A stretch of DNA of 32,000 nucleotides, taken from positions 603,787-635,786 of the forward strand of contig NC_013966.1 in assembly GCF_000025685.1 (NCBI RefSeq), in the 5' to 3' direction. Position numbers and translations under genes: made by a program. Each line of letters starts with the position of its first letter. Position 1 is the first letter of the stretch. The stretch is from Haloferax volcanii DS2 (lineage in GTDB: Archaea; Halobacteriota; Halobacteria; Halobacteriales; Haloferacaceae). The notes under the pieces were generated by a model. It made no database searches. It was not told where the DNA came from and worked only from the letters and a program-made list of their open reading frames with translations. Positions 17,457 through 26,084 of this stretch are shown here, piece by piece.

Positions 17457-20144
17457 TCACTCGTCGGGCCGAATCCGGGCGAGTCGCATCGCGTTGCCCG
17501 TCACGCCCATGGTCATCCCGGCGTCGCCCGCGAGGACCGCGAGCGCGACCGAGACGTAGCCGAAGGGGACGCCGACCGCGAGGACGGCCTTGATGGCGAG
17601 CGACGCCCAGATGTTCTGCCGGATGACGCCGTTGGCCCGGTGGGACAGTTCGTAGAGGTACGGGAGCTTCGAGAGGTCGTCAGCCATGAGGGCGATATCG
17701 GCCGTTTCGAGGGCGGTGTCGGTTCCGGCCGCGCCCATGGCGACGCCGACCGTGGCAGTGGCGAGCGCCGGGGCGTCGTTGATGCCGTCACCGACCATGG
17801 CGACCGAGCCATACTCGTCGAGCAGTCCCTCGACGGCGGCGGCCTTGTCCTCCGGGAGGAGGCCCGCGCGGAAGTCGTCGACGCCGACCTGCTCGGCGAT
17901 GGCGCGGGCGGTCCCCTCGTTGTCGCCGGTGAGCATGACGACCGAGAGGCCGGCCTCGCGGAGCTTTGCGACCGTCTCGCGGGCGTCGGGCCGGACCTCG
18001 TCAGCGACGGCGACGACGCCTTCGAGGTCGTCTTCGGTCCCGACGACGACGACCGTCTTGCCCTCGGACTGGAGGCGCGGAATCGTGTCCTCGACGAGGT
18101 TGAGACAGCCGTGGCGGTCACAGAGCTGTCGGACCTCCGCGGAGAGCGCCTCGCCGGGGCCGGTGACGTGGACGTGTTCGAGGTCGAAGCCGAGTTCCTC
18201 GAAGAAGCCGGGTTTGCCGGCGAAGTGCGGGACGCCGTCGAGGTCGGCGCGGACGCCCTTGCCGGTGACGCTCTCGAAGTCGTCGACCTCGCGGGCGGCG
18301 ACGCCCGTGCCCTCGGCGTGGGAGACGATGGCCTCGCCGATGGGGTGTTCGCTCCGGGCTTCGAGGCCGCGGGCGCACCGAAGCACGTCCTCTTCGGAGT
18401 TCCCGTTGAGCGGGACCACGTCGGTGACGGTGAGTTCGCCCTTCGTGAGCGTGCCCGTCTTGTCCACGGCGACGGCCTCGACCGAGCCCATCGCTTCGAG
18501 GTGCGTGCCGCCCTTGATGAGCACGCCGTTTTTCGCGGCCGACGTGATGCCCGAGACGACAGAGACGGGCGTCGAGATGACGAACGCGCAGGGGCAGGCG
18601 AGCACGAGCATCGTGATGCCGTAGACGAACCACGTCACCCAGTCGAGGCCGAACGCGATGGGCGGAATCGCCGCGACCGCGACCGCGACGACGACCATGA
18701 GGGGCGTGTAGTACGACGAGAAGCGCTCGACGAACTGCTCGCGTTCGGTCTTGTTGGCCTGCGCGTCTTCGACCATCGAGACGATGCGCGAGAGGGTGTC
18801 GTCGCCCGCGGCGGAGTCGACGCGGACTTCGAGGTAGCCCGCCTCGTTGACGGTGCCCGCGAACACCTCGTCGCCCTCGGCCTTGTCGACCGGGACGGAC
18901 TCGCCGGTGATGGGGGCCTGATTGACCGCGCTGTCGCCTTCGACTACCGTCCCGTCGACGGGAATCTTCTCGCCGGGTTTGACGGCGACCACGTCGCCGA
19001 CGACGAGTTCCTCGACGGGGACGACCGTCTCGACGCCGTCTCGGAGGACCGTCGCCTCGTCGGGCGAGAGGTCCATCAGCTCTCGGAGGGAGTCGCGCGT
19101 GCGGTCCATCGAGTAGCGTTCGAGCAGTTCGGAGACGCTAAAGAGGAACGCGAGCGTCGCCGCCTCGAAGTAGAGGCTCGTCGGCCCGGAGATGAGGCTG
19201 GCGGCCACGGCGCTGAGAATCGCCGTCGACATCAGGAAGTCGATGTCGAGACTGCGGTTCTTCGCGGAGTAGTAGCCGTTGCGGAGGATGGCCTGCCCGC
19301 CGACCGCGGCCCCGAGGACGTACAGCAGTTCGGCGGCCGTGAACGAGACGCCGAGGACGCTGGCGACGACGAGTTCCAGCCCGAGTAGGTACTCCGCGGC
19401 GATGCCCGCCGCGAGGAAGCCGCCGCTTATCCACGTTTTCACCGCGCGCGTACTGCGCCAGACGCTCCCGCGGTCCGCGCCGGTGGTCCCGCCGTGGGAG
19501 TGAGAGTGGCCGTGGCCGTCGTCGCCGTCGACGGCGTCAGCGGCGTCGGTTCCGGTGACCTCGTAGCCGGCGGCTTCGATGGCCGAGACGACCGAATCGA
19601 GGTCCGCGTCGGCCGCGAGCGTGACGACAGCGGTTCCGGTCGTCGGGCGCGTCTCGTACGACAGCACGCCCGGCGCACCGTTGAGCGCGTTTTCGACCTT
19701 TCCGGCGCAGGAGGCGCAGTCCATGTCCGGAACGGTGAACGAGACCTCGCGGGTCGAGGGGCCGTCTTCGACGGCGTAGCCCGCGCCCTCGATGTTGCCC
19801 CGGATGTCGTCGGGCGTGGTCCGGTCGGCGTCGTACTCGACGACGAGTCGGCCGGTCGTCGCCCGCGGGTCGATGTCGCCGACGCCGTCGAGTTTCCGGA
19901 CGCTGGACTCGACCTTGTTCGCACAGGAGGCGCAGTCCATATCCGGCACGGAGAACTCCGCGCGGGTCGAATCAGCGGGCCCACCGGCGGAGTCGTCGCC
20001 CCCGGTCTCGCCGGCCGCCCCCGACTCCGACGCACCCTCGACCCCGCAGGCGTCGTCGCACCCGCACCCGTCGTCATCTGGCGGGTTAGTGGACGCGTCC
20101 GCCTCGTCGTCGGGGGCGGGCTTGCGTCCGTCGTGTTCGCTCAT
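17457..20144 (-). CDS. zntA: Heavy-metal P1B-type ATPase, Zn/Cd/Pb (ZntA/CadA-like) subtype
   Basis: 895 aa with two HMA domains carrying the MDCASCAxKVE motif, as in ZntA GMDCAACA. A Cys-rich N-terminus (GCGCDDAC) and a His-rich linker (GHGHSHSHGG) are present. Core motifs: TM6 CPC (LACPCAFVIS), DKTGTLT, GDGINDAP. The last TM reads LAGDAGMTMGVTGNAMRL, a ZntA-like Asp rather than the CopA-like MSxSS. Confidence 0.85.
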   Translation of the reverse strand: MSEHDGRKPAPDDEADASTNPPDDDGCGCDDACGVEGASESGAAGETGGDDSAGGPADSTRAEFSVPDMDCASCANKVESSVRKLDGVGDIDPRATTGRLVVEYDADRTTPDDIRGNIEGAGYAVEDGPSTREVSFTVPDMDCASCAGKVENALNGAPGVLSYETRPTTGTAVVTLAADADLDSVVSAIEAAGYEVTGTDAADAVDGDDGHGHSHSHGGTTGADRGSVWRSTRAVKTWISGGFLAAGIAAEYLLGLELVVASVLGVSFTAAELLYVLGAAVGGQAILRNGYYSAKNRSLDIDFLMSTAILSAVAASLISGPTSLYFEAATLAFLFSVSELLERYSMDRTRDSLRELMDLSPDEATVLRDGVETVVPVEELVVGDVVAVKPGEKIPVDGTVVEGDSAVNQAPITGESVPVDKAEGDEVFAGTVNEAGYLEVRVDSAAGDDTLSRIVSMVEDAQANKTEREQFVERFSSYYTPLMVVVAVAVAAIPPIAFGLDWVTWFVYGITMLVLACPCAFVISTPVSVVSGITSAAKNGVLIKGGTHLEAMGSVEAVAVDKTGTLTKGELTVTDVVPLNGNSEEDVLRCARGLEARSEHPIGEAIVSHAEGTGVAAREVDDFESVTGKGVRADLDGVPHFAGKPGFFEELGFDLEHVHVTGPGEALSAEVRQLCDRHGCLNLVEDTIPRLQSEGKTVVVVGTEDDLEGVVAVADEVRPDARETVAKLREAGLSVVMLTGDNEGTARAIAEQVGVDDFRAGLLPEDKAAAVEGLLDEYGSVAMVGDGINDAPALATATVGVAMGAAGTDTALETADIALMADDLSKLPYLYELSHRANGVIRQNIWASLAIKAVLAVGVPFGYVSVALAVLAGDAGMTMGVTGNAMRLARIRPDE

Positions 20145-20162
20145 ACTCGGCAGTAGTCAGGG

Positions 20163-20183
20163 ACAGGTTAATAATTCACCTGT
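20163..20183. promoter_or_regulatory. Inverted repeat ACAGGTTAA-TAA-TTCACCTGT over the ATPase promoter
   Basis: 9-bp arms (8/9 complementary) at -19 to -39 relative to the ATPase ATG (20144). The AT-rich centre coincides with the expected TATA position. Confidence 0.5.
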
Positions 20184-20239
20184 TAGAAAACGGGGTTTAG
20201 ATATTGTAACTTCACAAATTGAAGCCAGTTAGTTAATAA

Positions 20240-21649
20240 TCAGAGGAACGGCGGGTTCGCGGTCGGCAGCGAGATGAGCCACAGGCTGAGAATCGTGTAG
20301 AGAATCATCACCGCGACGAAGGGGAACTGGCTCCGGACGGCTTGCAGTCTGCTGGGGAAGGTTCGGTAGGCCTGCGAGTGCGCCACCCACACCGCGAGCA
20401 GGTGGCCGAGGAGGACGAACGCGACGTTCAGGCCGCCGAACCACGCGGGGAGCGTGAGCACGACCGGGTTCGCCGGCGACGACAGCGGCGACGACAACGC
20501 GTGGACGAGCATCGGTGACAGCGAGACGAAGAAGCCGACGTAGTGCGCGAGGTGGTAGCCCGCGGCGATAGCGAGCAACGAGGGCGCGAATGTGACCGCG
20601 AGGTCGAGCGGCGTCTCGAAGGTGTCGATGCGGCGGGCGGTCACCCGCGCGGCGAGGACGTAGAGACCGAGGAAGACCCCGAAGCCGCCGAGGTAGAGCA
20701 GTCCGTAGACGAAAAGCGGCGGGAGGCCGACGCCCGCGAGCCACCGGACGGCCGCCGCGCCCTGTTCGGTCGTGACGAAACCGCTGAAGGTGAGTTCCCA
20801 GACGAGGACGACCGCGACGGCCACGTCACCGAGGTCGGTCAGGTCGTCGTCGGTGACGAGTCGCATCCCCGGCAGGCGGAACGAGAGGCCGTCGTCGTCG
20901 AGGCGAACCGGCGCGACCCGGCCGTAGAACTGGAGGAAGACGGAGACGGGGTCGACCTTGTCGAACCACGCGTCCGCGCCGACGGCGACCGCGCCGGCGA
21001 GCGTGACGACCGAGTAGGCGACGAGCGCGGTCGCGAGGACCGAGGGCCGGGTCGTGACGGCGGTCGCGGTCTCGACCCAGACGAGCGCGAGAATCCCCGC
21101 GACCGCGGGCCAGCGGCCGAGTCGCTCGGGGTACGAGACGAAGCCGTTCGGAACCGCCGAGACGAGGGTCCGCCACGGGTTCAGCGCGCGCCACGTATCA
21201 GCGACGAGATACGAGAGCATCGTGTAGCCGGCGCGGAGCCCCGCGAAGACGACGATGACGGCGAAGTTGACGGTCGGGACCTGCGGGCCGGTGTAGCCGA
21301 GGGAGACCGCGAGCGCGAGGACCGCGAGGCCGAGGACGCCGCCCGCGACTCGGAGCGCGCGCAGGAGTCCGTCCGAGACGCCCGCATCGGGACCGGTCTG
21401 CCACAGGTGGACGCGCTCGATGAATCGGCGGTCGGTGACGAAACTGGCGAGGAGCGCGGAGGCTCCGACGGTCGCGCCGCCGGTGGCGAGATAGAGCCAC
21501 CGCGGGACCGCGAGGTTGTCCTGCGACGCGCCCGCGAGTCCGACCGCGGCGTTGCTCGCGGCCGCCGGGTCCGCGAGGAGCGACAGAAGACTCGCCAGCA
21601 GGAGACCGAGACCGAATCGTCTGAGGGAGATGGGTCGGAGTCGGGTCAT
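20240..21649 (-). CDS. Polytopic membrane protein of unknown family (about 12 TM)
   Basis: 469 aa from MTRLRPISLRRFGLGLLLASLL, with the ATG overlapping the upstream stop as ATGA. Hydrophobic throughout. His-containing helices GYHLAHYVGF and GHLLAVWVAH. I see no REXXE (FTR1) motif. Confidence 0.7.
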   Translation of the reverse strand: MTRLRPISLRRFGLGLLLASLLSLLADPAAASNAAVGLAGASQDNLAVPRWLYLATGGATVGASALLASFVTDRRFIERVHLWQTGPDAGVSDGLLRALRVAGGVLGLAVLALAVSLGYTGPQVPTVNFAVIVVFAGLRAGYTMLSYLVADTWRALNPWRTLVSAVPNGFVSYPERLGRWPAVAGILALVWVETATAVTTRPSVLATALVAYSVVTLAGAVAVGADAWFDKVDPVSVFLQFYGRVAPVRLDDDGLSFRLPGMRLVTDDDLTDLGDVAVAVVLVWELTFSGFVTTEQGAAAVRWLAGVGLPPLFVYGLLYLGGFGVFLGLYVLAARVTARRIDTFETPLDLAVTFAPSLLAIAAGYHLAHYVGFFVSLSPMLVHALSSPLSSPANPVVLTLPAWFGGLNVAFVLLGHLLAVWVAHSQAYRTFPSRLQAVRSQFPFVAVMILYTILSLWLISLPTANPPFL

Positions 21650-21903
21650 GATGCGAAGACGATGAACAGCATGAGGAAGCCGAAGTACAGCAGCACGATG
21701 ACGCCGAGCGCACGGACGCGGAACGACTTGAGTTCCGCTTCCTCCTCGTGGTACGCCTCGCGGTACGCCTCGACTTCTTCGTCGTCGAGGTCGTCGGGGT
21801 GTCTCGCACCCCGGTGGAGGACCAGTAGTCGCTCGGTCGGGTACGCCTCGCCGCACGCTGTGCAGGTGTGGCGGTCGCGCGTCGCGTCTGTGTCCGTGGT
21901 CAT
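21646..21903 (-). CDS. Membrane-anchored C2H2 zinc-finger protein
   Basis: 85 aa from MTTDTDATRDRH. CTACGEAYPTERLLVLHRGARH is C-x2-C-x12-H-x4-H. An acidic linker leads to the C-terminal TM helix ALGVIVLLYFGFLMLFIVFA. Confidence 0.65.
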   Translation of the reverse strand: MTTDTDATRDRHTCTACGEAYPTERLLVLHRGARHPDDLDDEEVEAYREAYHEEEAELKSFRVRALGVIVLLYFGFLMLFIVFAS

Positions 21904-22016
21904 CCGAGAGTCACCGAGAGTTCGGGGTTGTTGGCTTCTGAACGTTTCCATCGCGCCGTCCGCGTCGGGGTGCCCGGGTCGCCCGACGGGGGGTGAGGCG
22001 GCGACAAAGCGACACC

Positions 22017-23081
22017 TCAGACCTCGAACCGCATCGGCTCGAACGCCATGAACGCCGTCTCGTAGCCGTCGTGGCGGGCGACCTGCGGCGGCACGTCAAC
22101 CGAGAGCGTCAGCGTATCGCCGGATTCGACGCCCTCGACGCCCGTGCCGTAGTGGTAGCTGAGGTCGGGGTCGAGCGTCCGGGCGAGTCGCGCGCCGTCG
22201 AGGGTCGTCGTCCCGTCGCGTTCGAGCGTGGCCCGAACGCCCATCATCGGCAGGACGAACTCGTTGTGCGGCGTCCGCGCCGAGACGTAGAGGTACGCAC
22301 CGTCGACGCCGAAGCGGGAGCCGTCGTCGACGACGAAGGCGTCGAACAGGGCGTCGGCGCTCGTCTGCCGGCCGAGGTGGCGACCGGGGAGGTCGCTGAC
22401 GGCGGGGGCTTTGCCGGTCGGAACGCCCATCATCTCCATCGCCGGGACCGCGCCGCGCGACCCGGCCTCGTCGCCGAGGCGGCGCAGTTCCACGTCGTAG
22501 AGGTCGTCCGTGTCGAACGCGAACTCGAACGTCGCCGTCTCGGCCGACTCGAACCGCCCGGCGAACGAGCCGGTTCGGGAAAGCGAGGTGCCGCCGACGT
22601 GCACGCGGGCCTCGTAGTCGCCCTCGCCGTCGAGGACGTAGTTCGAGCCGTAGTGCATCCCCATCTGCTGGGAGAGCATCGGGTAGGCGACCTCCTCGCT
22701 CACGAGGTCGCCGTCGCGGAGAATCTCGATGGAGACGCCGGCGTCCAGCGGGAGGACGGTCCCCGTCTCGGCGTCCCACAGCGACGCCATGAGGTGAATC
22801 GAGTCGTCGGCCTCGACGACGGTCTTCCCGAGGTCGGAGCCGGCGGCGGTCCAGAAGCGATGAGGGTACGAGTAGGTGAGCGCGACGCCGTACGGGCCGG
22901 CGGTCGTCTTCCCGTACATCTTCATCCCTTCGGTGACGGCGGGGAGGTAGACCGCGTCCGGGCGGTCGTCGACGAGCGGCGGGTCGCGCCACGCCGACTG
23001 CTGTTCGAAGCCGCCGAGACAGCCCGCGGTGGCGGCGAGTGCGCCGATGCCGAGTGTCTTGAGTGCGTCTCGTCGTTTCAT
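22017..23081 (-). CDS. Tat lipoprotein with two P19/FetP/Tpd (COG3470)-like domains, putative metal (iron) uptake component
   Basis: MKRRDALKTLGIGALAATAGC is a Tat-like signal plus lipobox. Half 1 (HLMASLWD...YPMLSQQMGMHYGSNYVLDGEGDYEARVHVG) and half 2 (TPHNEFVLPMMG...LSYHYGTGV...VDVPPQVARHDGYE) both resemble the H..M...HYG..v core of P19-type periplasmic metal-binding proteins. Similarity is judged by eye. Confidence 0.55.
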   Translation of the reverse strand: MKRRDALKTLGIGALAATAGCLGGFEQQSAWRDPPLVDDRPDAVYLPAVTEGMKMYGKTTAGPYGVALTYSYPHRFWTAAGSDLGKTVVEADDSIHLMASLWDAETGTVLPLDAGVSIEILRDGDLVSEEVAYPMLSQQMGMHYGSNYVLDGEGDYEARVHVGGTSLSRTGSFAGRFESAETATFEFAFDTDDLYDVELRRLGDEAGSRGAVPAMEMMGVPTGKAPAVSDLPGRHLGRQTSADALFDAFVVDDGSRFGVDGAYLYVSARTPHNEFVLPMMGVRATLERDGTTTLDGARLARTLDPDLSYHYGTGVEGVESGDTLTLSVDVPPQVARHDGYETAFMAFEPMRFEV

Positions 23082-23281
23082 GGTGTCTCGATGGCGTCTC
23101 GCCGGCTCGTGGTGGGCATGGGTACGATGTCGTGCGTCTCGGGAAGCGGGGAGTCACCCGTGCTAGCGGCCCGGTGGCAATGTCGGTTGCGCTTCCGCGT
23201 CGGGTTTCGAGGGGTGGTGCCGTCGTTATCAACTCCCGGATTACCGCACCACGTTTATATTTTCGCTCGCGCTCCGTTCGG

Positions 23282-24931
23282 ATGATGAACGACTCGCCGC
23301 TCGACGGTCTCGACGCCCGCGCCATCGCGCTGGCGTATCTCGGCTTCGGGACCGCGGGCATCCTCGGCGGCGAGCTACTCCTGTCGGCCACGCTGGGTGC
23401 GCCCCCGGCCCCCGAGGCCGAACTCGTCAAGGGACTCGCGTTCGTCGCCGTCTCCACCGCGTTCGTCTGGGCGCTCGTCTCCCGAAAGAACCGTCGTATC
23501 GAGCGCCAGCAGGCGTCGGTTCGGTCGTCGCTGGACCAGCTTCGGACCGTGGTCGCCGCGTCGCCGGTGCCGATTATCGCGGTCACGCCCGAGGGGCGCG
23601 TGACGAGGTGGAACGACGCCGCCACGGAGACGTTCGGCTGGGGGCGCGAGGAGGTGCTCGGCGGACCGCTCCCCTACGACGCGGGCGCGGACAGCGAGGA
23701 TAGCGAGGAGATTATCCGGCGAACCATCGCAGAAAACGGCCTCTCGGACGTTCAAGTCGAGCGACAGCCGGCGGACGGCGACCTCCGCGAGTTTCGGCTT
23801 TCGACGGCGGTCGTCCGCGACGCCGACGGCGAGGTGGCCGAAATCGTCGGCGTCTTCGTCGACGTGACAGAACAGCAGCGGCGGGAGCGCCGCCTCCGCG
23901 AGTTCGAGCAGGCCGTCGAGCAGGCGGGCCACGCGATTTACCTCACCACGCCGGACGGGGAGATTACGTACGTCAACCCGGCGTTCGAGGAGACGACGGG
24001 CTACGACGCCGCGGAGGTCATCGGTGAACCGGCGTCGATACTCAGTTCGGGCGAGATGCCGGAGACGTACTACGAGCGACTGTGGCGCGCCCTCCAGTCC
24101 GGCGAGACGTGGCAAGAGCGAATCATCGACCGACGGAAGAGCGGCGAGCTCTACACCGCGATACAGACCATCGCGCCCATCGAGAGCAACGGCGACATCG
24201 ACGGCTACGTCGCCATCCAGTCCGACGTCACCGAGTCGGAGGTGACCAGACAGCGACTCGGGGTCCTCAACCGGATGTTCCGGCACAACCTCCGAAACCG
24301 GATGAACGTCATCGAGGGCTACGCGGAGCTGATTCGCCAGAACGAGGCCACGGACACCGACGAAGAACTCGCCGAGGCTGCCGAGGCCATCGTCGAGGCG
24401 GCGGACGACCTCGCGTCGCTCTCCGAGAAGGCGCAGACGGTCTCGGACGCCCTCGAATCCGAGGGAACGCCGCGGCGCGTCTCGGCGCTCGTCGAAGACG
24501 CCGTGTCGAGGGCCGAATCGACGTACCCGGAGGCGGCGGTGCGGACGGACATCGAGACGGGGCTCTACGCGCGAGTCGACAGCCGCGTCGGCGCGGCGCT
24601 CGACGAGCTAATCGCGAACGCGCTCAAACACGGCGGCGAAACGGTCCGTATCGACGTGCGCCGAACCGAAGCCGACGACTCGAAACTCGTCGTGCGCGTC
24701 GACGACGACGGGCCGGGAATCCCCGACGAGGAGTGGCGAGTCATCAAGCGCGGCGAGGAGACGCCGCTCGAACACGGGACCGGGATGGGCCTGTGGCTGG
24801 TCCACTGGGTCGTCAAGAAAGCGGGCGGGAGCATGGAGTTGGAACCGTCTTCCCTCGGGGGGACGGCCGTGACGCTGAAGCTTCCAATCGGGTCAGAGCG
24901 GCCGCGGACGTGGTTTTCGACCGACGAGTGA
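23282..24931 (+). CDS. Membrane-associated PAS-domain sensor histidine kinase
   Basis: 549 aa from MMNDSPLDG. Two N-terminal hydrophobic helices and two PAS-like blocks (...VTRWNDAATETFGW..., ...ITYVNPAFEETTGY...). H-box FRHNLRNRMNVIEGY, N-box ELIANALKHG and G-boxes DDGPGIP / GTGMGLWLV. Confidence 0.85.
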   Translation: MMNDSPLDGLDARAIALAYLGFGTAGILGGELLLSATLGAPPAPEAELVKGLAFVAVSTAFVWALVSRKNRRIERQQASVRSSLDQLRTVVAASPVPIIAVTPEGRVTRWNDAATETFGWGREEVLGGPLPYDAGADSEDSEEIIRRTIAENGLSDVQVERQPADGDLREFRLSTAVVRDADGEVAEIVGVFVDVTEQQRRERRLREFEQAVEQAGHAIYLTTPDGEITYVNPAFEETTGYDAAEVIGEPASILSSGEMPETYYERLWRALQSGETWQERIIDRRKSGELYTAIQTIAPIESNGDIDGYVAIQSDVTESEVTRQRLGVLNRMFRHNLRNRMNVIEGYAELIRQNEATDTDEELAEAAEAIVEAADDLASLSEKAQTVSDALESEGTPRRVSALVEDAVSRAESTYPEAAVRTDIETGLYARVDSRVGAALDELIANALKHGGETVRIDVRRTEADDSKLVVRVDDDGPGIPDEEWRVIKRGEETPLEHGTGMGLWLVHWVVKKAGGSMELEPSSLGGTAVTLKLPIGSERPRTWFSTDE

Positions 24932-25015
24932 CCACACCAGCGCCCTGGTATTGCAGTTCGAGAACAATTCAACGGCGAGTTTCGAGCGGCGAACCCGTCG
25001 AACGAAGCGGCCGGG

Positions 25016-25432
25016 TCAGGCGTCGAGGAGTTCGACGAGGTTCCCCTCGGGGTCGCGGACGAACGCGATTCGCGTGCCGGTTTCGGTCGTCTGCGGTTCG
25101 CTGAGCGTCTCGGCGTCGGCCGGGAGTTGAGCGACCGCGGCGTCGACGTCCTCGACCGAGAGCCCGAGGTGGGTCGCACCGGGACGGTTGAGCGTCGGTT
25201 CGTCGGTGTCGGTGCCGACCGGGTCGTACTCGACGAGTTCGACGCGCACGTCGCCGCCGTCGAGGTGGGCGAAGCGCGCCGACGCGCCGTCGACGGAGAC
25301 GGCGGTGGCGAACTCCTCGCCGCCGACTTCGAAGCGAGAGACGACCGGCAGGTCGAGCGCGTCGCGGTAGAATTCGAGCGTCGAATCGAGGTCGCGGACG
25401 GTGAGACCGACGTGGTGTGCGCTGGAGTTCAC
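25016..25432 (-). CDS. VOC family protein (glyoxalase/bleomycin-resistance/dioxygenase fold)
   Basis: 138 aa from GTG 25432. HHVGLTVRDLDSTLEFYRDALDL ... HLGLSVEDVDAA ... FVRDPEGNLVELL is the typical paired beta-alpha-beta-beta-beta module pattern. Confidence 0.8.
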   Translation of the reverse strand: MNSSAHHVGLTVRDLDSTLEFYRDALDLPVVSRFEVGGEEFATAVSVDGASARFAHLDGGDVRVELVEYDPVGTDTDEPTLNRPGATHLGLSVEDVDAAVAQLPADAETLSEPQTTETGTRIAFVRDPEGNLVELLDA

Positions 25433-25603
25433 GGTTCGTCTGCGCGCGCAGAGCCTCAAAGGCGCTTCGCTCGGAACGCGGGGCGACGCGAGTCGGTCGG
25501 TGTCCGGACCCGCGCCGGCGAAGACCGTATCGCATATACCCGCTCGGCCGCCAACAGAGGATACGATGGAACCGAGAGGTGCGCGACGCGAGGTGGTGCG
25601 ACC

Positions 25604-25972
25604 GTGAGCGAACCGTTCGTCGAGTCGCTCCCCGGACGGGCCGTCCCCAAATCGTTCGTCGCCGAACTCGAGACGAAGGAGGCGATTCAGCAGGCCGTCG
25701 CCGTCCGCGGCTACAACATCGAACGCGACGGCGAGACGGTCCAGCACGCCTACCAACTGGTCGTGAACGTCCGCGGGAAGTATATCCTCGGACTGCACCT
25801 CACGAACGGGACGTGGCGCGTCGTCTTCGACACCCGCGACCACCCGAAACTCGCACAGGAAGGCCCGCGCGCGGCCTACGAGGCCGTCCACGACGCGCTC
25901 TACGAGCGCGCGCCCTCCGACGCGAAGATAGATTTCGAGTCGACGCCGCGCTTCTGGAACGCCTCCCAGTAG
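25604..25972 (+). CDS. Hypothetical protein
   Basis: About 122 aa from GTG 25604, with no in-frame ATG. Halophilic composition and high GC3. No motif recognised, and the start is uncertain. Confidence 0.45.
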   Translation: MSEPFVESLPGRAVPKSFVAELETKEAIQQAVAVRGYNIERDGETVQHAYQLVVNVRGKYILGLHLTNGTWRVVFDTRDHPKLAQEGPRAAYEAVHDALYERAPSDAKIDFESTPRFWNASQ

Positions 25973-26066
25973 GCCGTTTTCCCGACGTTTTCGACCGCCC
26001 CCGCGTTTCGAGTCGCGTGAGCGACGCGTATGGGACGCGCGCCGCGGCCGACACCCTCCCGAACCC

Positions 26067-26084
26067 ACACCACCATGTCCGCAG
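26067..26084 (+). repeat. Dispersed motif copy F (ACACCACCATGTCCGCAG)
   Basis: Matches the first 18 nt of the ACACCACNNTGTCCGCWGTT consensus shared with five copies at 30741-31798. It lies in the 420-nt intergenic region upstream of the pilin genes. Confidence 0.6.
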
